From the NCBI GenBank assembly GCA_021801565.1, contig JAJYXV010000009.1, positions 1-41,141 of the forward strand: a stretch of 41,141 nt of DNA. Reading direction: 5' to 3'. The notes under the pieces are model-generated. The model was given only the letters and a program-made list of their open reading frames with translations, made no database searches and had not been told where the DNA came from. Every line of letters starts with the position of its first letter. The first letter of the stretch is position 1. Of this stretch, positions 1 to 10,447 are shown piece after piece. This DNA comes from a bacterium (lineage in GTDB: Bacteria; Patescibacteriota; Minisyncoccia; UBA6257; GWB1-50-10). The translations under genes were made by a program, and so were the position numbers.

Positions 1-99
1 TCGCTACTACAACCATGAGAGACCACACATGGCACTCATGATGAAGACCCCTGTCGATATTTTATATGAATATGGTTACAAGCTATTGACCTGAAAACA
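1..99. mobile_element. Right end of a probable IS481/IS3-family insertion sequence
   Basis: Transposase tail followed by ...tgaaaACA ending at 99, matching the TGT...ACA ends of IS481-type elements; left end lies outside the window. Confidence 0.5.
2..94 (+). CDS. 3' end of IS3/IS481-type DDE transposase (integrase core C-terminus), truncated by window start
   Basis: Frame 2 reads RYYNHERPHMALMMKTPVDILYEYGYKLLT*; YYNxERPHxAL..TP is the C-terminal signature of rve-type IS3/IS481 transposases. Confidence 0.8.
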   Translation, partial: RYYNHERPHMALMMKTPVDILYEYGYKLLT

Positions 100-175
100 G
101 GGGGTGGAGTTGATAGTAATTATTAGCTAATAATAGTGGATAAGTGCTATACAATAAAAATGCTATAATATACTC

Positions 176-1396
176 ATGATAAAGGAACTAAAAAATAAAC
201 TTATTTTTATTTCGGGGGTCGTATTTGCACTTGCATTGCTTTTTATTTCGGTGCAAATAATACAAGCGGGATGGACCGCCCCGACGGCACCGTTTCCGGG
301 GGGAACAATTTATCCGCCAATTGATACAAGTTCAAGCACACAAACAAAAGCTGGTGTGTTGATATTAGGTACGGATGTAGCACCTGGTAGTGTGTTGAGA
401 GTTCAAGTGGGTCAGGGATTAGCTGTTAACGCTGCAGATGGTGGGTCTTTTTATCCAAGTCAGGGATCTGTAGGGGCGGTTTTAAATTCTCAAAAGGGAT
501 TTTATGTGAATACTGCTGGATTTGTTCTTCCTAGAATTCCAAGGACTGGTGTTTCTGCTCCATATGCGGATGAAGAAGGAATGATTTATTATGACACCAC
601 TAAAAAGGGGGTGAAGCTTTTTAATGGAACGAATTGGGTGGATATCGGAAGCGGCGGAGGTGATTCGTTTTGGACACAAACTGCCGATGGAATTCAGTAT
701 GGCGGAGGAAATGTCACAATCGCTCCATTTACCTCTGGATGGTTTGCCACTGGTTTTCAAGCAGCGGTAAATAAGGATGAAAAGGCTTTTTCGTTTCTCG
801 CAAAAATTGTAAACGCGGCAAATGCGCCCATTCCCGCTTCACAAAGAATGAGTTGTGATAAAAGCGACACCGCACTCGACTGTCCGAATAGTTATTATGC
901 AAAAGTTGCAAGTGATGGAATTGTAAATAATGGGGATAAGAAATATGATGTGTGGGAAAAAACGGAATATATTTGTCCTGCAGGATATTTTCCTTATAAC
1001 AATCGATGTTGTGATGGGTGGAGTGATGAAACAACACCGATTGGATGTATAAATGTGCAACCAACAACAAAAGTGATGACAAAAGAATTTATGTTTGAGA
1101 CAAAAACAGGTAGTGTTCAAAAGGGTACGCTTTCCGTTGATAATTTGTCGACTGCAAAAGTATCGTTCACTGGGAATGCGGCACCTCAAGGATCGGGGGG
1201 AAATGTGTATCTCTCAAAATCATTTGACAAGTGGTTTACTGTTTCGAATGAATTGTGTGATATCGCTGATAAGAATATCGGGCGTAATGGTGCTTGTTCA
1301 GTGCTTTGTGGTGCCCCTGGAAAACTCTTAAATACAAGGGTGGGAAATAAATGCGGAGATTTCTATTGTAGATGTCAACCACTTGTTCTCGAATAA
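176..1396 (+). CDS. Secreted/surface protein, Cys-rich C-terminal half
   Basis: 406-aa ORF with N-terminal signal peptide followed by AGWTAPTAPFPGG; has a G-x-I-Y-Y-D-T-T...N-G-T-N-W fibre-like motif and Cys clusters; TG-TATAAT lies 6 nt before the ATG. Confidence 0.75.
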   Translation: MIKELKNKLIFISGVVFALALLFISVQIIQAGWTAPTAPFPGGTIYPPIDTSSSTQTKAGVLILGTDVAPGSVLRVQVGQGLAVNAADGGSFYPSQGSVGAVLNSQKGFYVNTAGFVLPRIPRTGVSAPYADEEGMIYYDTTKKGVKLFNGTNWVDIGSGGGDSFWTQTADGIQYGGGNVTIAPFTSGWFATGFQAAVNKDEKAFSFLAKIVNAANAPIPASQRMSCDKSDTALDCPNSYYAKVASDGIVNNGDKKYDVWEKTEYICPAGYFPYNNRCCDGWSDETTPIGCINVQPTTKVMTKEFMFETKTGSVQKGTLSVDNLSTAKVSFTGNAAPQGSGGNVYLSKSFDKWFTVSNELCDIADKNIGRNGACSVLCGAPGKLLNTRVGNKCGDFYCRCQPLVLE

Positions 1397-1400
1397 GGTT

Positions 1401-1438
1401 GTATCAAAAATCCCCACTTTTGTGGGGATTTTTGATAC
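1401..1438 (+). terminator. Intrinsic (probably bidirectional) terminator
   Basis: Perfect 17-bp stem gtatcaaaaatccccac / gtggggatttttgatac with a 4-nt loop, directly after the stop codon. Confidence 0.8.
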
Positions 1439-1522
1439 ACTTTTTGAATATAACATTTTAATATCGATCGGTGTGATAGTGTAATTTACAATTTACAATC
1501 AACAATCAACTAGTAACTTGTA

Positions 1523-1566
1523 CCCAGCATCTGCCAACAGGGTACTATTTAGTTTTCACTGCTGGG
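1523..1566. mobile_element. Internally deleted remnant of the 20-bp-TIR family (family 1)
   Basis: Ends are cccagca...agttttcactgctggg; the right end matches the family consensus gagttttcactactggg. Confidence 0.5.
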
Positions 1567-1584
1567 TTTGCTATAATATTGATA

Positions 1585-4500
1585 ATGGAAAAAAAGAAAC
1601 TCCTCTTTTTTGTTTTCGTTATTATCTTGCTTTTTGGTGGTGCATTTTTTGCGATAAAAACGTACGCCGACAACACTAATTTTGATTTATATGGAATTGG
1701 TTGGAGTGCGCACGATAACAAGGGAATTGGATGGGTGGTGTTGAATTCAGAAAATCCTGCGAATCAACCAAGAGGCACACCAAACATTCCATTTAAAGTG
1801 AGTGTCAAAAATAAAACAACACTTGAGGGACAGGGATGGGCTTCAATACAAGACCCAAAGACAGGGAAGGATTCTTATGGATGGCTTTCGTTTAGTACGA
1901 ATGATCTTACTGGATGTCCAGACAAAAATGCAAATCCCGGAAATTGTAAGGCAACGCTCGATTATGCAAGTGGAACGATAAGTGGATGGGCAAAATTTAT
2001 TTGTGTTGCGGGTGGATGTCCAGTCGGTTCTTCACAGGGTTCGTGGGATGGATGGGTGAGTTTAAGAAATGATCCATCAGAGGCTGTAAAGTATGGATTG
2101 TGTCTTGGAAGAACAGGGACGCGCAAACAAGATTTTATTGTGAACAATGGTGATACACTCAGTTACATTACTGGGGAAACCTGTCAGTGGGATGGAATAA
2201 TTAACAATAATCAAGTTGAAGTGAGTGGTATTGCGTGGGGCGGATCATCAATTGGCGGGTGGATTGTGTTTGGAAATTCTGCGCCAGCGTCGTTATTTGG
2301 TTTGACACCAGCTGGTTCTATAACTTTACTTCCAAAAGAGAAACAAGATTTTTCCGTTGAAAAAAGTGCGGCGTGGTTTGTAAATAATATGTTAGGAGGG
2401 AACATCAATACCGTGGGAAATGTTTCTCCGCAAAATACTGGCGGAGGAACAGCGAATCCCACAACATATCAAGCACCTAATTTCGGCGGGCCGTTCACTG
2501 TGAAAGCAAGTTCAACCGCATCGACCGAAACAGGAATAGCGACTACAACTGTGAAGTTTCCATATACACTTACCTGCGAACCGAGTGGAACATCGACGTT
2601 GGTACTTACATGGAATTGGTCAAAAGCTCCAGTTGATACCGGACACAACGGGGGATATCCGAGTTATGCTGAGCATAATATTTCAATTACTCGAAATGGC
2701 ACGGCAATTCCCGCGATTCTCAGTAATCCAGCTTCTTTTTCAAATATTCCCGGGTCCTATTCTGATAAAGGACTTTCTACGAGTACAAAATATACTTACG
2801 TACTTACTGTAAAATATACTTCAGATAATTATTCAACTTCAACGCAAGTAAAAGATTGCCAAATTCCTTCGGCAATACAAACAACGGATGCACCAAGCAA
2901 ATTAAAAGCGTTTGGAATTGATACCACGACAATTTATGTAAACTGGAAAGATAATACCACCACTACGAGTCCGTACAAATTTAATGTAGAGCGTATTAAA
3001 CTTACTCCCGCATCGAGCACTGATATAAAAGTGTTGAGTGCAACCGATTCAAGTATCAATCTTGAATGGAAGAACAACACCACATCAACGCCGTACTTTA
3101 ATTGGATTGAACGGAGTACAAGCACGTCAAACAGATTTTTGAATAATCCAGCACCGAATGACGCGGGAAACGATAAGGCGATGACAAAATTTGAATACTC
3201 AGGAAGTAATTCTCCATCCGATGGATTAAAAACATATTCTTATTTCAACGGAGGACTTCAAGACGCAACGACATATTATTATCGTGTAAAGGCATGTTCA
3301 ACGTATCGCGACTCAAGCCTTATCGAATCATATACAAAAGAACCTCCGGATCTTGTTGCGGGAAAAATAGATCGGCCGAATCCTGTCTGTGGAAAATATG
3401 CGCCACTTCCGAACGGAACACAACTTCATAATGGAACTCCTTCGGTTGCGACAACCACACTTCCAAAAACACCGACGCAGGCGACCTCAACAGCTTCATA
3501 CAATAAAACAACCGGTATACACAGCATCACAATTCGATGGAACGATAATTCAAAACGCGAAACCGGCTATCAGATTTGGAGAGAAGGAATACTTATTGAT
3601 GAGCGAAGTTATAATACAAATGCAACCGGCACACTCACACACATCGATAGTCCAACCTCGAATAATAAAAATACCTCTGCGTTGAATCCGGGAACCAATT
3701 ACACATATGAAATAAGGGGATATTATGATATTCCCGCGGAAAACGGAGGGGGAAGAGTATATTCATCTTCCGTATCGACCAATACATACACTTACTATTA
3801 TATAACCGTGACTATACAGAATTCTGGAGAGGGTACTGTATATGGTCCCGGGAATCTGAATAATTGTACGACTTCCTGCGAAGATTACTTTTCATGGGAT
3901 AATGTTCCGCAGGTGCAGCTTACCACTTCCCCAAATAGTGACACAAAGTTTACTGGATGGAGTGGCGCCTGTAGTGGAACGGGAACGACGTGTACGTTGG
4001 GGAGGGGAAATCATGATGTTACTGCAAATTTTGAGAAAACGATATTTACAGTGGGTATGTTGATGCGTACAACCAATGCAACAGGAACGGTGAGAAGTAC
4101 CCCTGCGGGTATAAACTGTACGTGCGGAGGTCCTAATAGTACCTGTGGAGTAGATGGAGGAAGTGCGTGTAATGCGAGTTTTTCTGCGGGGACAACAATA
4201 ACTCTTACAGCAACAACAACTTATTCAAATGTGAGGTTTGCAAGTTGGGGAGGAAGTTGTTCGGGAACAATTCCAACGTGCGTCTTGCAGTTATCGAGTA
4301 ATGTAACCGTGATAGCGAACTTTTCTCAAACAATTCCCGCAGAGATTCACAAAAACTCATTCCTTGCAGATTTATGGAGTAATGCAAGATATATGTGGAA
4401 AGGGTTGTTTGTCGATCGGAGTCAAGAAAGAGTATCGGCATTATCCGCGAGCTTTTTGAATATCGTAAAAGGAATCCAGGATGGGTGGAATAATATTACC

Positions 4501-4959
4501 ATGCTCTTTTCCCAAATAATGAAACAGACGGAAGAAGCGGCAACAAAACTTGCACAGGAAACCACAAAAGTCGCGGAGGGGCAGTCTAAAGGAAATCCGC
4601 TTGATTTGTATTTCAGATCAGTTGCGACGACGACTGCGCCTGTGTATGTTGATAAGAATCTCGAACCAGACACCGTGTATCTCTATCGTGTGCGCGCAGT
4701 GTATGACGGAACGCCCGCAAGAATTACCGAATGGAGTAATTCAGGCGCAACAAAGACATTAAGGGATGTTGGGGGAGGAACGATAACAAATAGGGGGGTA
4801 TGTACACGAAACAGTTACTGTGATTTTTCTGTGAAGTCTTACAATTCGTTAAATGATCCGAACGCGGCAGTAAAAATGGAAAATACGGAACAGCAATGTC
4901 TTTCAAATATCGATTGTAAGAACGTAGGGCGATATGGACAATCGTTCCAGGAACGATAG
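1585..4959 (+). CDS. Large surface protein with fibronectin type III domains and InlB-B/Flg_new-like repeats
   Basis: Signal peptide MEKKKLLFF...AYA; FN3 motifs (LxW.DNS, L.P.T.Y.Y.VRA); two F.GWSGAC.GT..TC repeats. Start moved to ATG 1585 (TATAAT 7 nt upstream). Confidence 0.85.
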   Translation: MEKKKLLFFVFVIILLFGGAFFAIKTYADNTNFDLYGIGWSAHDNKGIGWVVLNSENPANQPRGTPNIPFKVSVKNKTTLEGQGWASIQDPKTGKDSYGWLSFSTNDLTGCPDKNANPGNCKATLDYASGTISGWAKFICVAGGCPVGSSQGSWDGWVSLRNDPSEAVKYGLCLGRTGTRKQDFIVNNGDTLSYITGETCQWDGIINNNQVEVSGIAWGGSSIGGWIVFGNSAPASLFGLTPAGSITLLPKEKQDFSVEKSAAWFVNNMLGGNINTVGNVSPQNTGGGTANPTTYQAPNFGGPFTVKASSTASTETGIATTTVKFPYTLTCEPSGTSTLVLTWNWSKAPVDTGHNGGYPSYAEHNISITRNGTAIPAILSNPASFSNIPGSYSDKGLSTSTKYTYVLTVKYTSDNYSTSTQVKDCQIPSAIQTTDAPSKLKAFGIDTTTIYVNWKDNTTTTSPYKFNVERIKLTPASSTDIKVLSATDSSINLEWKNNTTSTPYFNWIERSTSTSNRFLNNPAPNDAGNDKAMTKFEYSGSNSPSDGLKTYSYFNGGLQDATTYYYRVKACSTYRDSSLIESYTKEPPDLVAGKIDRPNPVCGKYAPLPNGTQLHNGTPSVATTTLPKTPTQATSTASYNKTTGIHSITIRWNDNSKRETGYQIWREGILIDERSYNTNATGTLTHIDSPTSNNKNTSALNPGTNYTYEIRGYYDIPAENGGGRVYSSSVSTNTYTYYYITVTIQNSGEGTVYGPGNLNNCTTSCEDYFSWDNVPQVQLTTSPNSDTKFTGWSGACSGTGTTCTLGRGNHDVTANFEKTIFTVGMLMRTTNATGTVRSTPAGINCTCGGPNSTCGVDGGSACNASFSAGTTITLTATTTYSNVRFASWGGSCSGTIPTCVLQLSSNVTVIANFSQTIPAEIHKNSFLADLWSNARYMWKGLFVDRSQERVSALSASFLNIVKGIQDGWNNITMLFSQIMKQTEEAATKLAQETTKVAEGQSKGNPLDLYFRSVATTTAPVYVDKNLEPDTVYLYRVRAVYDGTPARITEWSNSGATKTLRDVGGGTITNRGVCTRNSYCDFSVKSYNSLNDPNAAVKMENTEQQCLSNIDCKNVGRYGQSFQER

Positions 4960-4979
4960 TCGCTACGAAATACGAAATC

Positions 4980-5005
4980 AGACCTCCTTATTATGAGGGG
5001 GTTTT
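4980..5005 (+). terminator. Intrinsic terminator
   Basis: agacctcctt-attat-gagggggtttt hairpin with T-tract after the stop. Confidence 0.55.
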
Positions 5006-5071
5006 GTGTCTTATATATTGATGTATTATCAGTATGAATCAGTTATATCTGCATTAATTCGCGTTTTTATA

Positions 5072-5210
5072 TCCAGTAGTAGAAATTCGATTTGTCGCGA
5101 GACGACATATAAAAATAGTAGTTCATATAGGGTTCTATATTTTTACAAAAAATATTGTTTTTATGTATAAGGCGTGTGGTTATTTTTATTATTGAATTTT
5201 CACTACTGGG
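5072..5210. mobile_element. MITE-like element, 20-bp TIR family 1
   Basis: tccagtagtagaaattcgat ... attgaattttcactactggg; AT-rich interior; abuts the comF stop codon. Confidence 0.75.
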
Positions 5211-5939
5211 TTATGTTTTTGCGCATACTAGTGCGATAATGCGTTTTGCTCCGTGTTGTTTTAAAATTCTTACCGCTTCACCGATTGTCGCACCAGTCGT
5301 GTGTACGTCGTCAATCAAAACGATATTTTTTTTCTCAACGATTTTTATTGGAGAAACAGAAAAACATCCGGAAATATTTTTTTTCCTTTCTTTTATATTC
5401 TGACATTCTGTCTGTGAAAGCGTGTTGGTATTTCGGGTGATGATATCTGTGTGTATTTCAGGAAACATCATCCCATGCATTTCGAAAATTTTTTTTAATT
5501 CTTCAGCAATAAGGAATGATTGGTTATATCCCCGTGTACGTTCTTTCCGTTTATAGAGTGGAATTGGAATCGCGATGTACTCGGAAAAATCAAGTAATGA
5601 AAGGGGAAGTACCCGCTTTAAATATTCGAATATAATGTGAGCAATAAGCATTGCGCCCTCTCTTGTTTCGCTGTATTTTAACGCATGAATAAGATTGCGT
5701 ACGGCTTTTTGTTCATACGACGTTGCGGCAGCGAGTATATATCCCGCGTCTCCATGGCAGATTTTTTCTCCTGGTGGAACGCGTGCTTCGCACACAGGAC
5801 AAAAAAATGAAGAGTGAAGCATAATACTTTTTATGCAAGAAATACAAAGCACAACATCTTCATTTTCCACTCTTTTTTCACATGAAACACAGAGAGGGGG
5901 AAACAACATTGAATAAAAAGTTTTGAAAAATGCCGTCAT
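5211..5939 (-). CDS. comF: ComF family competence protein (double zinc ribbon + phosphoribosyltransferase-like domain)
   Basis: CxxC pairs at the N-terminus, PIPL..R...RGYNQ and VLIDDVHTTGAT motifs. Confidence 0.92.
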   Translation of the reverse strand: MTAFFKTFYSMLFPPLCVSCEKRVENEDVVLCISCIKSIMLHSSFFCPVCEARVPPGEKICHGDAGYILAAATSYEQKAVRNLIHALKYSETREGAMLIAHIIFEYLKRVLPLSLLDFSEYIAIPIPLYKRKERTRGYNQSFLIAEELKKIFEMHGMMFPEIHTDIITRNTNTLSQTECQNIKERKKNISGCFSVSPIKIVEKKNIVLIDDVHTTGATIGEAVRILKQHGAKRIIALVCAKT

Positions 5940-5992
5940 ATGTTTATTTTAGTACCTTAACGGTTTTTCCAGACCTATGATAAAATAAAGAC

Positions 5993-7093
5993 ATGAGACT
6001 CGGTGCTTTTGATTTTATCACAGATATACAGAATTTTTTTAAGGGAGGGAAAGTATTAGGAACCGACATTGGTACCGCTTCCATAAAAATAACAGAACTC
6101 TCAAAACGAGGAGAGTCTTTCATATTGTCCAACTACGGTATGTTAGAGACAAAAAAATATCTTGATTATCCAAATCAGGCGATACAAACAAGCTCACTGC
6201 GTATTGTGGAAAAAGATGCAACGCATTTATTGAAAACACTTCTTTCAGAAATGAAAACGCGTTCGCATCTCGCAATCACCTCGGTTCCACTCTTTGCGAC
6301 ATTTGTCACGGTATTTGAGATGCCAAAATTTTCACGTGAAGAAACCAATAAGGTAGTAATGTTTCAAGCACAACAATATGTTCCTATGCCACTTGATCAG
6401 ATATCAGTCGAGTGGTTTGTCATTGAAGAATTTGATACCGAACGTGGGCAAAAATATCAACGCATACTTCTTGTTGGCATTCCAAATGATGTGATTATGA
6501 AATACAAAAAGATACACAAAGATGCGGGACTTCGGCTTGTTGCTATGGAAGTTGATATATTTGCGATATTGCGGGCACTTGATAAATTTCTTACGGAAGT
6601 TCCCACGCTTATTGTTGATATTGGAGCACAGTCAACGGGTATGATTGTGGTGGAAGGAAAATCGGTACGACACGCGAACCAGACCGATTACAGCGGAATT
6701 TATCTTACACAAGCAATTGCGAAAAGTCTTGATGTAAGCATGATCCGTGCCGAAGAATTGAAGCGGCGAAAAGGGCTTTCGGGAGAGGGAGTCGATTCCG
6801 AGTTATCAACACTACTCCTTCCATTTTTAGATGTTATAATACAAGAAGTAAGGCACGCCAAAGATGTGTATGAGCGTCGATATGCAAAAAAGGTAGAAAA
6901 AATAATGCTTATTGGAGGTGGCGCGAACCTTATTGGTATTGAAAAGTATTTTTCAAGTCAAATAGGGCTTACCATTGCTCACCAGTCGCTCCTTATGGGA
7001 GTTCAATATCCGGAAACACTTCGCCCCGTTGAAAAAAATATTGATAATGAATTAGTGGTGAGTTTCGGACTTGCAAAACGTTACTTTTTATAA
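5993..7093 (+). CDS. pilM: Type IV pilus assembly protein PilM
   Basis: GTDIGTASIK, VDIGAQST and LIGGGANL actin/FtsA-like motifs; first gene of the pil cluster. Confidence 0.9.
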   Translation: MRLGAFDFITDIQNFFKGGKVLGTDIGTASIKITELSKRGESFILSNYGMLETKKYLDYPNQAIQTSSLRIVEKDATHLLKTLLSEMKTRSHLAITSVPLFATFVTVFEMPKFSREETNKVVMFQAQQYVPMPLDQISVEWFVIEEFDTERGQKYQRILLVGIPNDVIMKYKKIHKDAGLRLVAMEVDIFAILRALDKFLTEVPTLIVDIGAQSTGMIVVEGKSVRHANQTDYSGIYLTQAIAKSLDVSMIRAEELKRRKGLSGEGVDSELSTLLLPFLDVIIQEVRHAKDVYERRYAKKVEKIMLIGGGANLIGIEKYFSSQIGLTIAHQSLLMGVQYPETLRPVEKNIDNELVVSFGLAKRYFL

Positions 7094-7096
7094 CAT

Positions 7097-7660
7097 ATGA
7101 TAAGCAATACCCCACAAAATCTTCAAAATAATTTTTCTGGAGAATCATCATATGCACCAATGTCACTTGGGTTACCATGGCGCATATTATTATTTGCAAT
7201 CATTCTGTTTGCATTTTCAATTTTTATTTTCTTGGGGCTAAAATTTGGATATAATTCTTATATTGATAGCACAGATAAAAAATTAGATCAGAAAATTGAT
7301 GATCTCGCGACAACAGTAAGCCAGGATGAACAAAAAACACTTATCTCTTTCTATTCGCAGTTAAATAATTTAAAGGATGTGTTGGGGGAACACAGATTTA
7401 GTGTCCGTGTGTTTGATTTGTTGGAAAAATATACAATTCCATCGGTGTATTTTAATGATGCAAAAATAAATATTGAAACCAACAAAGTACAATTATCGGG
7501 ATTTGCGAAAAGCACGGAAGATTTAGTTGAGCAATTAGGAGTGTTTGATAAATCTCCTGAATTTCCAAATTCTGTGTTGCAACAAATGAATTTTGTTCCC
7601 CAGGGAGTCGGGTTTACTGTCATTCTTTCCCCGAAAACCGCTGTGCTTTCCAAATTATAA
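7097..7660 (+). CDS. PilN-like pilus alignment protein
   Basis: Single TM, coiled coil, then a ferredoxin-like domain (P.V.F...V.LSG.A.S); follows pilM. Confidence 0.7.
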   Translation: MISNTPQNLQNNFSGESSYAPMSLGLPWRILLFAIILFAFSIFIFLGLKFGYNSYIDSTDKKLDQKIDDLATTVSQDEQKTLISFYSQLNNLKDVLGEHRFSVRVFDLLEKYTIPSVYFNDAKINIETNKVQLSGFAKSTEDLVEQLGVFDKSPEFPNSVLQQMNFVPQGVGFTVILSPKTAVLSKL

Positions 7661-7730
7661 TATGTATTCAGTCAGAAATTTTGCCCAAAGCAAACAAGCA
7701 CAACCACAAAAATTTACTCAATTCAAATAG

Positions 7731-8297
7731 ATGAAAAACTCAACAAAAAGAATTCTAAGTATTGGATTTTCCGCCGTGTTTTTCATTGCGACACTTGCGG
7801 TATATGGGAATTTTATTCGTCCGGAAATGGACACTATTCAAGAAAAGCGATCAAAAGTAAATGCAAAGCAGACGCTTTTTGAGACGCAGCAGGTTGCAGT
7901 GAGTCAAGTGGAACAGGTAATTTCGACATTTCAGAATGCAAACAGATTTAAAGAAACCGTATCCCTTGCCATCCCCGAAAGTCCACGCGTAACAGATGCA
8001 CTTGGACAGTTCCAAGCAATCGCCAGAAGCAACCAAGTCGAGTTTGCGAAATTCTCTGTAAAACAAAACCCCCCACTTGCATCATCAGGGTTGCTTATAC
8101 AGGGGTTAAATGTGCTTTCACTTGATATTGGAGTGAGAGGAACATATCAAGGAGTAAAAGAATTTCTTAGAGCTCTTGAAACAAATGTACGCGTTGCAAA
8201 TACAAACACCGTTTCCCTTGCCCCATCGAAGGATTCACGTCAAGGATCGGAAGAGTTTTACGAATTAAATGTAAACGTCGATATCTTTTATCAGTAA
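7731..8297 (+). CDS. PilO-like pilus alignment protein
   Basis: TM + coiled coil + GTYQGVKEFLRALE...R motif typical of PilO; synteny. Confidence 0.75.
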   Translation: MKNSTKRILSIGFSAVFFIATLAVYGNFIRPEMDTIQEKRSKVNAKQTLFETQQVAVSQVEQVISTFQNANRFKETVSLAIPESPRVTDALGQFQAIARSNQVEFAKFSVKQNPPLASSGLLIQGLNVLSLDIGVRGTYQGVKEFLRALETNVRVANTNTVSLAPSKDSRQGSEEFYELNVNVDIFYQ

Positions 8298-8301
8298 TTA
8301 T

Positions 8302-8595
8302 ATGGCTATTATCGTTGAAGAAGAAAAAAAATCGGTAAATTGGTTTATGGTGATCGTTGTTCTTATTGTTGTCACAGTGGTTTTTTCAGGTGCATATTTT
8401 TTGTTTTTCAAAAGACCCGATGTGATTGAGGTGGTAACTCCAGGAAAACTTGATCAAATAAACAAACTTTCAAAAATTTCATTCAAGCCAGAAGAGGTGG
8501 TAAATTCGCCATCCTTTAAATCGCTCCGCCAGTACGGATCAAATGCTTCTTCGACGCAAGTGCCAGGGAGAGAAAATCCATTTAAGCCATTCTAA
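8302..8595 (+). CDS. Small membrane-anchored pilus-locus protein ending GRENPF (PilP-position analogue)
   Basis: One TM and a C-terminal GRxNPF motif; lies between the pilO-like gene and pilB. Confidence 0.65.
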   Translation: MAIIVEEEKKSVNWFMVIVVLIVVTVVFSGAYFLFFKRPDVIEVVTPGKLDQINKLSKISFKPEEVVNSPSFKSLRQYGSNASSTQVPGRENPFKPF

Positions 8596-8667
8596 GCGGA
8601 GCAATGTGTTTTGTTTTTTCTCTTTTTTTTCTGCCCTACTTCGAAGAAGTGATGTATTTATTTTTAT

Positions 8668-10419
8668 ATGACCGACCAAGAATTATTTAAAGAATTAGTA
8701 GATAAAAAAATTATTTCACAGAGTATTTCCGATCAAATACTCAAAGAGGCATCACTTTCCGCATCTTCCGCGGAAGAATTACTTTACGAGCGTCAGGTTG
8801 CCGATGAAGTTGCTGTGGCAAAAGTGAAAAGTGCGCTTTTTGGTGCGCCTTACAAAAAAATTGATCCCACGTCGATTTCTAACGAATTATTGCAAATCAT
8901 TCCAAAAGATACTTCACAAAACTACAGGATTATTCCGGTAGAAAAAAGAGACGGAATGTTGGTGGTGGGAATGCTTCATCCGGACGATATCCGGGCACAG
9001 GAGGCATTGCGTTTTATTGCAAAACGAGAACGGGTAAGTTTGGGAGTGTATGTGGTTACTCCGACGGATCTGTCACTTGTGTGGAGACGATATGTGCCGT
9101 ATCGGGATGAAGTGGAGGCTGCGGTAAAAGAGATGAACTTACGAAAAAGTATAAGTGAAGAAAATCGTTTGGTAATGCTTGAAGAAGGTGCGCGCTCATC
9201 CGAAGATGCGCCAATCATCAAGGTGGTTGCCGCGACACTTCGTCATGCTATTGAAAGCGGGGCATCTGATATACATATCGAACCACAGAGAAAATATCTT
9301 CGCATAAGGTTTCGATTGGACGGGGAATTAAAAGAAGTAGCGACTCTTCCTGCTGTATTAAGTCAGCCGGTTATTTCACGCGTAAAAGTACTTTCAAATT
9401 TAAAACTTGATGAAACGCGTGTACCGCAGGATGGAAGATTTCGAACAATGATCAGTGGAAGAGAAATTGATTTTCGTGTAGCGACATTTCCTACACCATC
9501 AGGAGAAAAAGTTGCACTTCGCGTGCTTGATTCGGTAACAGGACTCAAGGGATTAAAGGAAATTGGATTGAATGACTATAATCTCGCGATACTTGAACGT
9601 GCAATCAATGCGCCATTTGGAATGATCCTTATTTCTGGTCCCACTGGTTCCGGAAAAAGTACGACGCTTTATGCAATAATGCAGACAGTAAATTCCGAAG
9701 GAGTAAACGTGGTAACACTTGAGGATCCTGTCGAATACTTTATGAATGGAATTAATCAATCACAAGTGAAGCCGGAGATTGGATATACATTTGCTTCTGG
9801 ATTGCGTCAGATACTCCGGCAAGATCCTGATGTAATTATGGTGGGAGAAATCCGGGATGCAGAAACCGCATCACTCGCAGTAAATGCGGCACTTACGGGA
9901 CATCGCATGCTTTCTACGATTCATACGAATAATTCAATCGGGGTTGTCCCGCGTCTTATTGATCTTGGGGTTCCACAGTTTCTTCTTCCTTCGGCGCTCA
10001 ATGTGATGCTTGCCCAACGTCTCGTGGGGCGTTTATGTAGTGAATGTAAGAAACAAGTTGAATTGCCGGATGGTTTGAAGAAAGAAGTGCAGAGTGAAAT
10101 AGACAAATTACCGGAGAAATTGAAAGCGGAAGTAAAACAAAAGTATGGTATGAAGCCCGAGCGTATGTATAAAGCAGAACCGAATCAGGAATGTAAGGTG
10201 TGTAAAGGAAAGGGAATTGCCGGACGTGTGGCACTTTTTGAAATATTTGAGATGACAAAACAACTTGGAGAAATTGTGGCAGGCGGGTTTACTGAAGCAA
10301 AATTAATAGATGAAGCAAAACGACAGGGAATGCTCACGCTTCGCCAAGATGGCATTTTAAAGGCGCTTGATGGACTTGTGGGACTTGAGGATGTATTTCG
10401 CGAGACATCAGAAGATTAA
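8668..10419 (+). CDS. pilB: Type IV pilus extension ATPase PilB/GspE
   Basis: ASDIHIEP, GPTGSGKST, TLEDPVE, LRQDPD and a tetracysteine zinc motif. Confidence 0.95.
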   Translation: MTDQELFKELVDKKIISQSISDQILKEASLSASSAEELLYERQVADEVAVAKVKSALFGAPYKKIDPTSISNELLQIIPKDTSQNYRIIPVEKRDGMLVVGMLHPDDIRAQEALRFIAKRERVSLGVYVVTPTDLSLVWRRYVPYRDEVEAAVKEMNLRKSISEENRLVMLEEGARSSEDAPIIKVVAATLRHAIESGASDIHIEPQRKYLRIRFRLDGELKEVATLPAVLSQPVISRVKVLSNLKLDETRVPQDGRFRTMISGREIDFRVATFPTPSGEKVALRVLDSVTGLKGLKEIGLNDYNLAILERAINAPFGMILISGPTGSGKSTTLYAIMQTVNSEGVNVVTLEDPVEYFMNGINQSQVKPEIGYTFASGLRQILRQDPDVIMVGEIRDAETASLAVNAALTGHRMLSTIHTNNSIGVVPRLIDLGVPQFLLPSALNVMLAQRLVGRLCSECKKQVELPDGLKKEVQSEIDKLPEKLKAEVKQKYGMKPERMYKAEPNQECKVCKGKGIAGRVALFEIFEMTKQLGEIVAGGFTEAKLIDEAKRQGMLTLRQDGILKALDGLVGLEDVFRETSED

Positions 10420-10447
10420 TCATTTATAATAAAAAGAACACCATAAT

